Part shown: piece after piece, positions 25,628 through 26,888 of the stretch
How positions within the stretch are numbered: position 1 is the stretch's first letter
Layout: every line of letters starts with the position of its first letter
Source of the DNA: Candidatus Aegiribacteria sp.
GTDB taxonomy: Bacteria; Fermentibacterota; Fermentibacteria; Fermentibacterales; JCC-6
DNA length: 26,888 bases
Direction of reading: 5' to 3'
NCBI GenBank assembly: GCA_046498225.1
Contig: JAWOBF010000011.1
Coordinates: 1 to 26,888 of the forward strand
Made by a program: the position numbers and the translations under genes
The notes under the pieces: model-generated
What the model was told of the DNA's origin: nothing
The model's input: the letters and a program-made list of their open reading frames with translations, nothing else
Databases searched by the model: none

Positions 25628-26888
25628 TAATTTCATCTTCACCCTCAAGTTCCTCCGGTTCCACCAGGACATCCCTGGCCTTGCTTCCCTGGAAGGGTCC
25701 CACGACACCCGCCTGCTCCAGCATGTCTATCAGGCTGGCGGCCCTGGAATAGCCCACCCGCAGCCTCCTCTGTATGATGGATACGGAGCCCTGCTGGGTA
25801 GTTACAACCACCTGTTTCGCCTTCTCGAAAAGCGGGTCGTTTATCTCTATCGCTCCCGGGCTGGTGAGGTTCCCGGCTCCCAGGTCGGGGAAGTCGAACT
25901 CGAAGGGAAGCTCCGGCTGGTCCCGCAGGTGCTCCACTATGGTCCTGGTCTCCTCGGTGGAGATGAAGCTGCCGTGTATCCTCACCGGTTCCGGGGAGGT
26001 GGCGGGAAGGAACAGCATGTCCCCCTTGCCCAGCAGCTTCTCCGCCCCGTTCATGTCCAGGATGGTCCTGGAATCCGTCTTGGACTGGACGTTGAATGCT
26101 ATGCGGGAGGGGAAGTTGGCCTTGATGACGCCGGTTATCACGTCCACCGAGGGCCTCTGGGTGGCCAGCACCATGTGTATGCCCACTGCCCGCGCCATGT
26201 GGGCCAGTCTGGCTATGGCCGGTTCTATGTCCCTGGAGACGGTCACCATCAGGTCCGCCAGCTCGTCTATGAACAGCACGATGAATGGAAGCCTCTCGTC
26301 CTCGGACTCCGGCGTGAGCCTGGAGTTGAACTCCTCTATGGAACGGACGCCAATTCTGGACAGCCTCTTGTAGCGGTTCTCCATCTCCTTCACCAGGGCC
26401 TCCAGCAGCATGGTGGCCTTCTCCGTCTCTATGACCACCGGGGCCCAAAGATGGGGTATGCCCTCGTATATGGACAGTTCCAGCATTTTGGGGTCTATCA
26501 TGGCCAGCCGCACCTCGGAGGGGGTCCTGGTAAGCAGCATGGAGGCGATAATGGAGTGAATGCAGACGCTCTTGCCCGAACCGGTGGCGCCGGCGATGAG
26601 AAGGTGGGGCATGGCGGTTATGTCGGCTACGAACGGTTCTCCCTCTATCTTCTTTCCCAGGGCGATGGGCAGCTTCTCCCTGGAGACCAGGTCGATGACC
26701 TCCCGCAGGTACACGGTCTCCGGAGTGGGGTTGGGAACCTCTATTCCCACGGCACCCTTGCCGGGCACAGGCGCCAGTATCCTTATCCGCCTGGCCTTCA
26801 GGGCCAGGGCCAGGTCGTCGGAGAGCGCCACGAACCTGTTCACCTTTATTCCCGGTCCAGGCTCCACCTCGAAACGGGTTATCACCGG
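25614..26888 (-). CDS. ftsK: DNA translocase FtsK (5' part lies outside the window)
   Basis: Alpha domain DDLALALKA..IRI.APVPGK.AVGIEVPN, Walker A HLLIAGATGSGKS, IDELADLM, ATQRPSVDVITG, GAEKLLGKGDMLF, and gamma domain IQRRLRVGYSRAA.LIDMLE. The frame is open to the window edge. Confidence 0.97.
   Translation of the reverse strand, partial: PVITRFEVEPGPGIKVNRFVALSDDLALALKARRIRILAPVPGKGAVGIEVPNPTPETVYLREVIDLVSREKLPIALGKKIEGEPFVADITAMPHLLIAGATGSGKSVCIHSIIASMLLTRTPSEVRLAMIDPKMLELSIYEGIPHLWAPVVIETEKATMLLEALVKEMENRYKRLSRIGVRSIEEFNSRLTPESEDERLPFIVLFIDELADLMVTVSRDIEPAIARLAHMARAVGIHMVLATQRPSVDVITGVIKANFPSRIAFNVQSKTDSRTILDMNGAEKLLGKGDMLFLPATSPEPVRIHGSFISTEETRTIVEHLRDQPELPFEFDFPDLGAGNLTSPGAIEINDPLFEKAKQVVVTTQQGSVSIIQRRLRVGYSRAASLIDMLEQAGVVGPFQGSKARDVLVEPEELEGEDEINEDE

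Noticed and set aside
1..26888. Mobile elements, prophage or defence genes, RNA genes, stop-codon recoding or frameshifted genes
   Set aside because: I saw no integrase, transposase or nuclease motifs and no tRNA/rRNA-like segments. All gaps are under about 120 bp, and recognisable genes are full-length with no interrupted frames.

Overview
A dense, GC-rich core-genome segment from a diderm bacterium (it encodes LolA and BamD). All genes are on the minus strand except tyrS. In transcription order the minus strand reads: ftsK (partial), a TPR/LytR_C-like lipoprotein, lolA, rimO | an exported protein with a C-terminal TM helix, a TPR lipoprotein, bamD, nadD, a PilT/PilU ATPase, a short NfeD, a stomatin, dapA, dapB, MEMO1 (amrB), AMMECR1 (amrA), a coiled-coil lipoprotein | upp, a stand-alone Pta-N/BioD-like protein, an M23 peptidase, mfd | four SurA/PrsA-type parvulin proteins, an RqcP-like S4 protein, ftsE, ftsX (partial). 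tyrS is divergent from upp. I found no mobile element, CRISPR array, tRNA or rRNA. The most interesting signals concern the envelope: (1) by hand count, exported proteins carry the Bacteroidetes-type O-glycosylation sequon D-(S/T)-(A/I/L/V/M/T) about four times as densely as cytoplasmic ones; (2) two otherwise dissimilar lipoproteins share the mature N-terminus C-G-G-D-S-D-D-x-D, a candidate sorting signal; (3) there is an array of four differently anchored, catalytically eroded parvulin chaperones; (4) two unknown envelope genes lead the bamD operon; (5) a TGG-(N)-TATnTT promoter-like motif recurs in the intergenic gaps. Affiliation with the FCB superphylum is only an inference. All family calls come from motif recognition, not from database searches.
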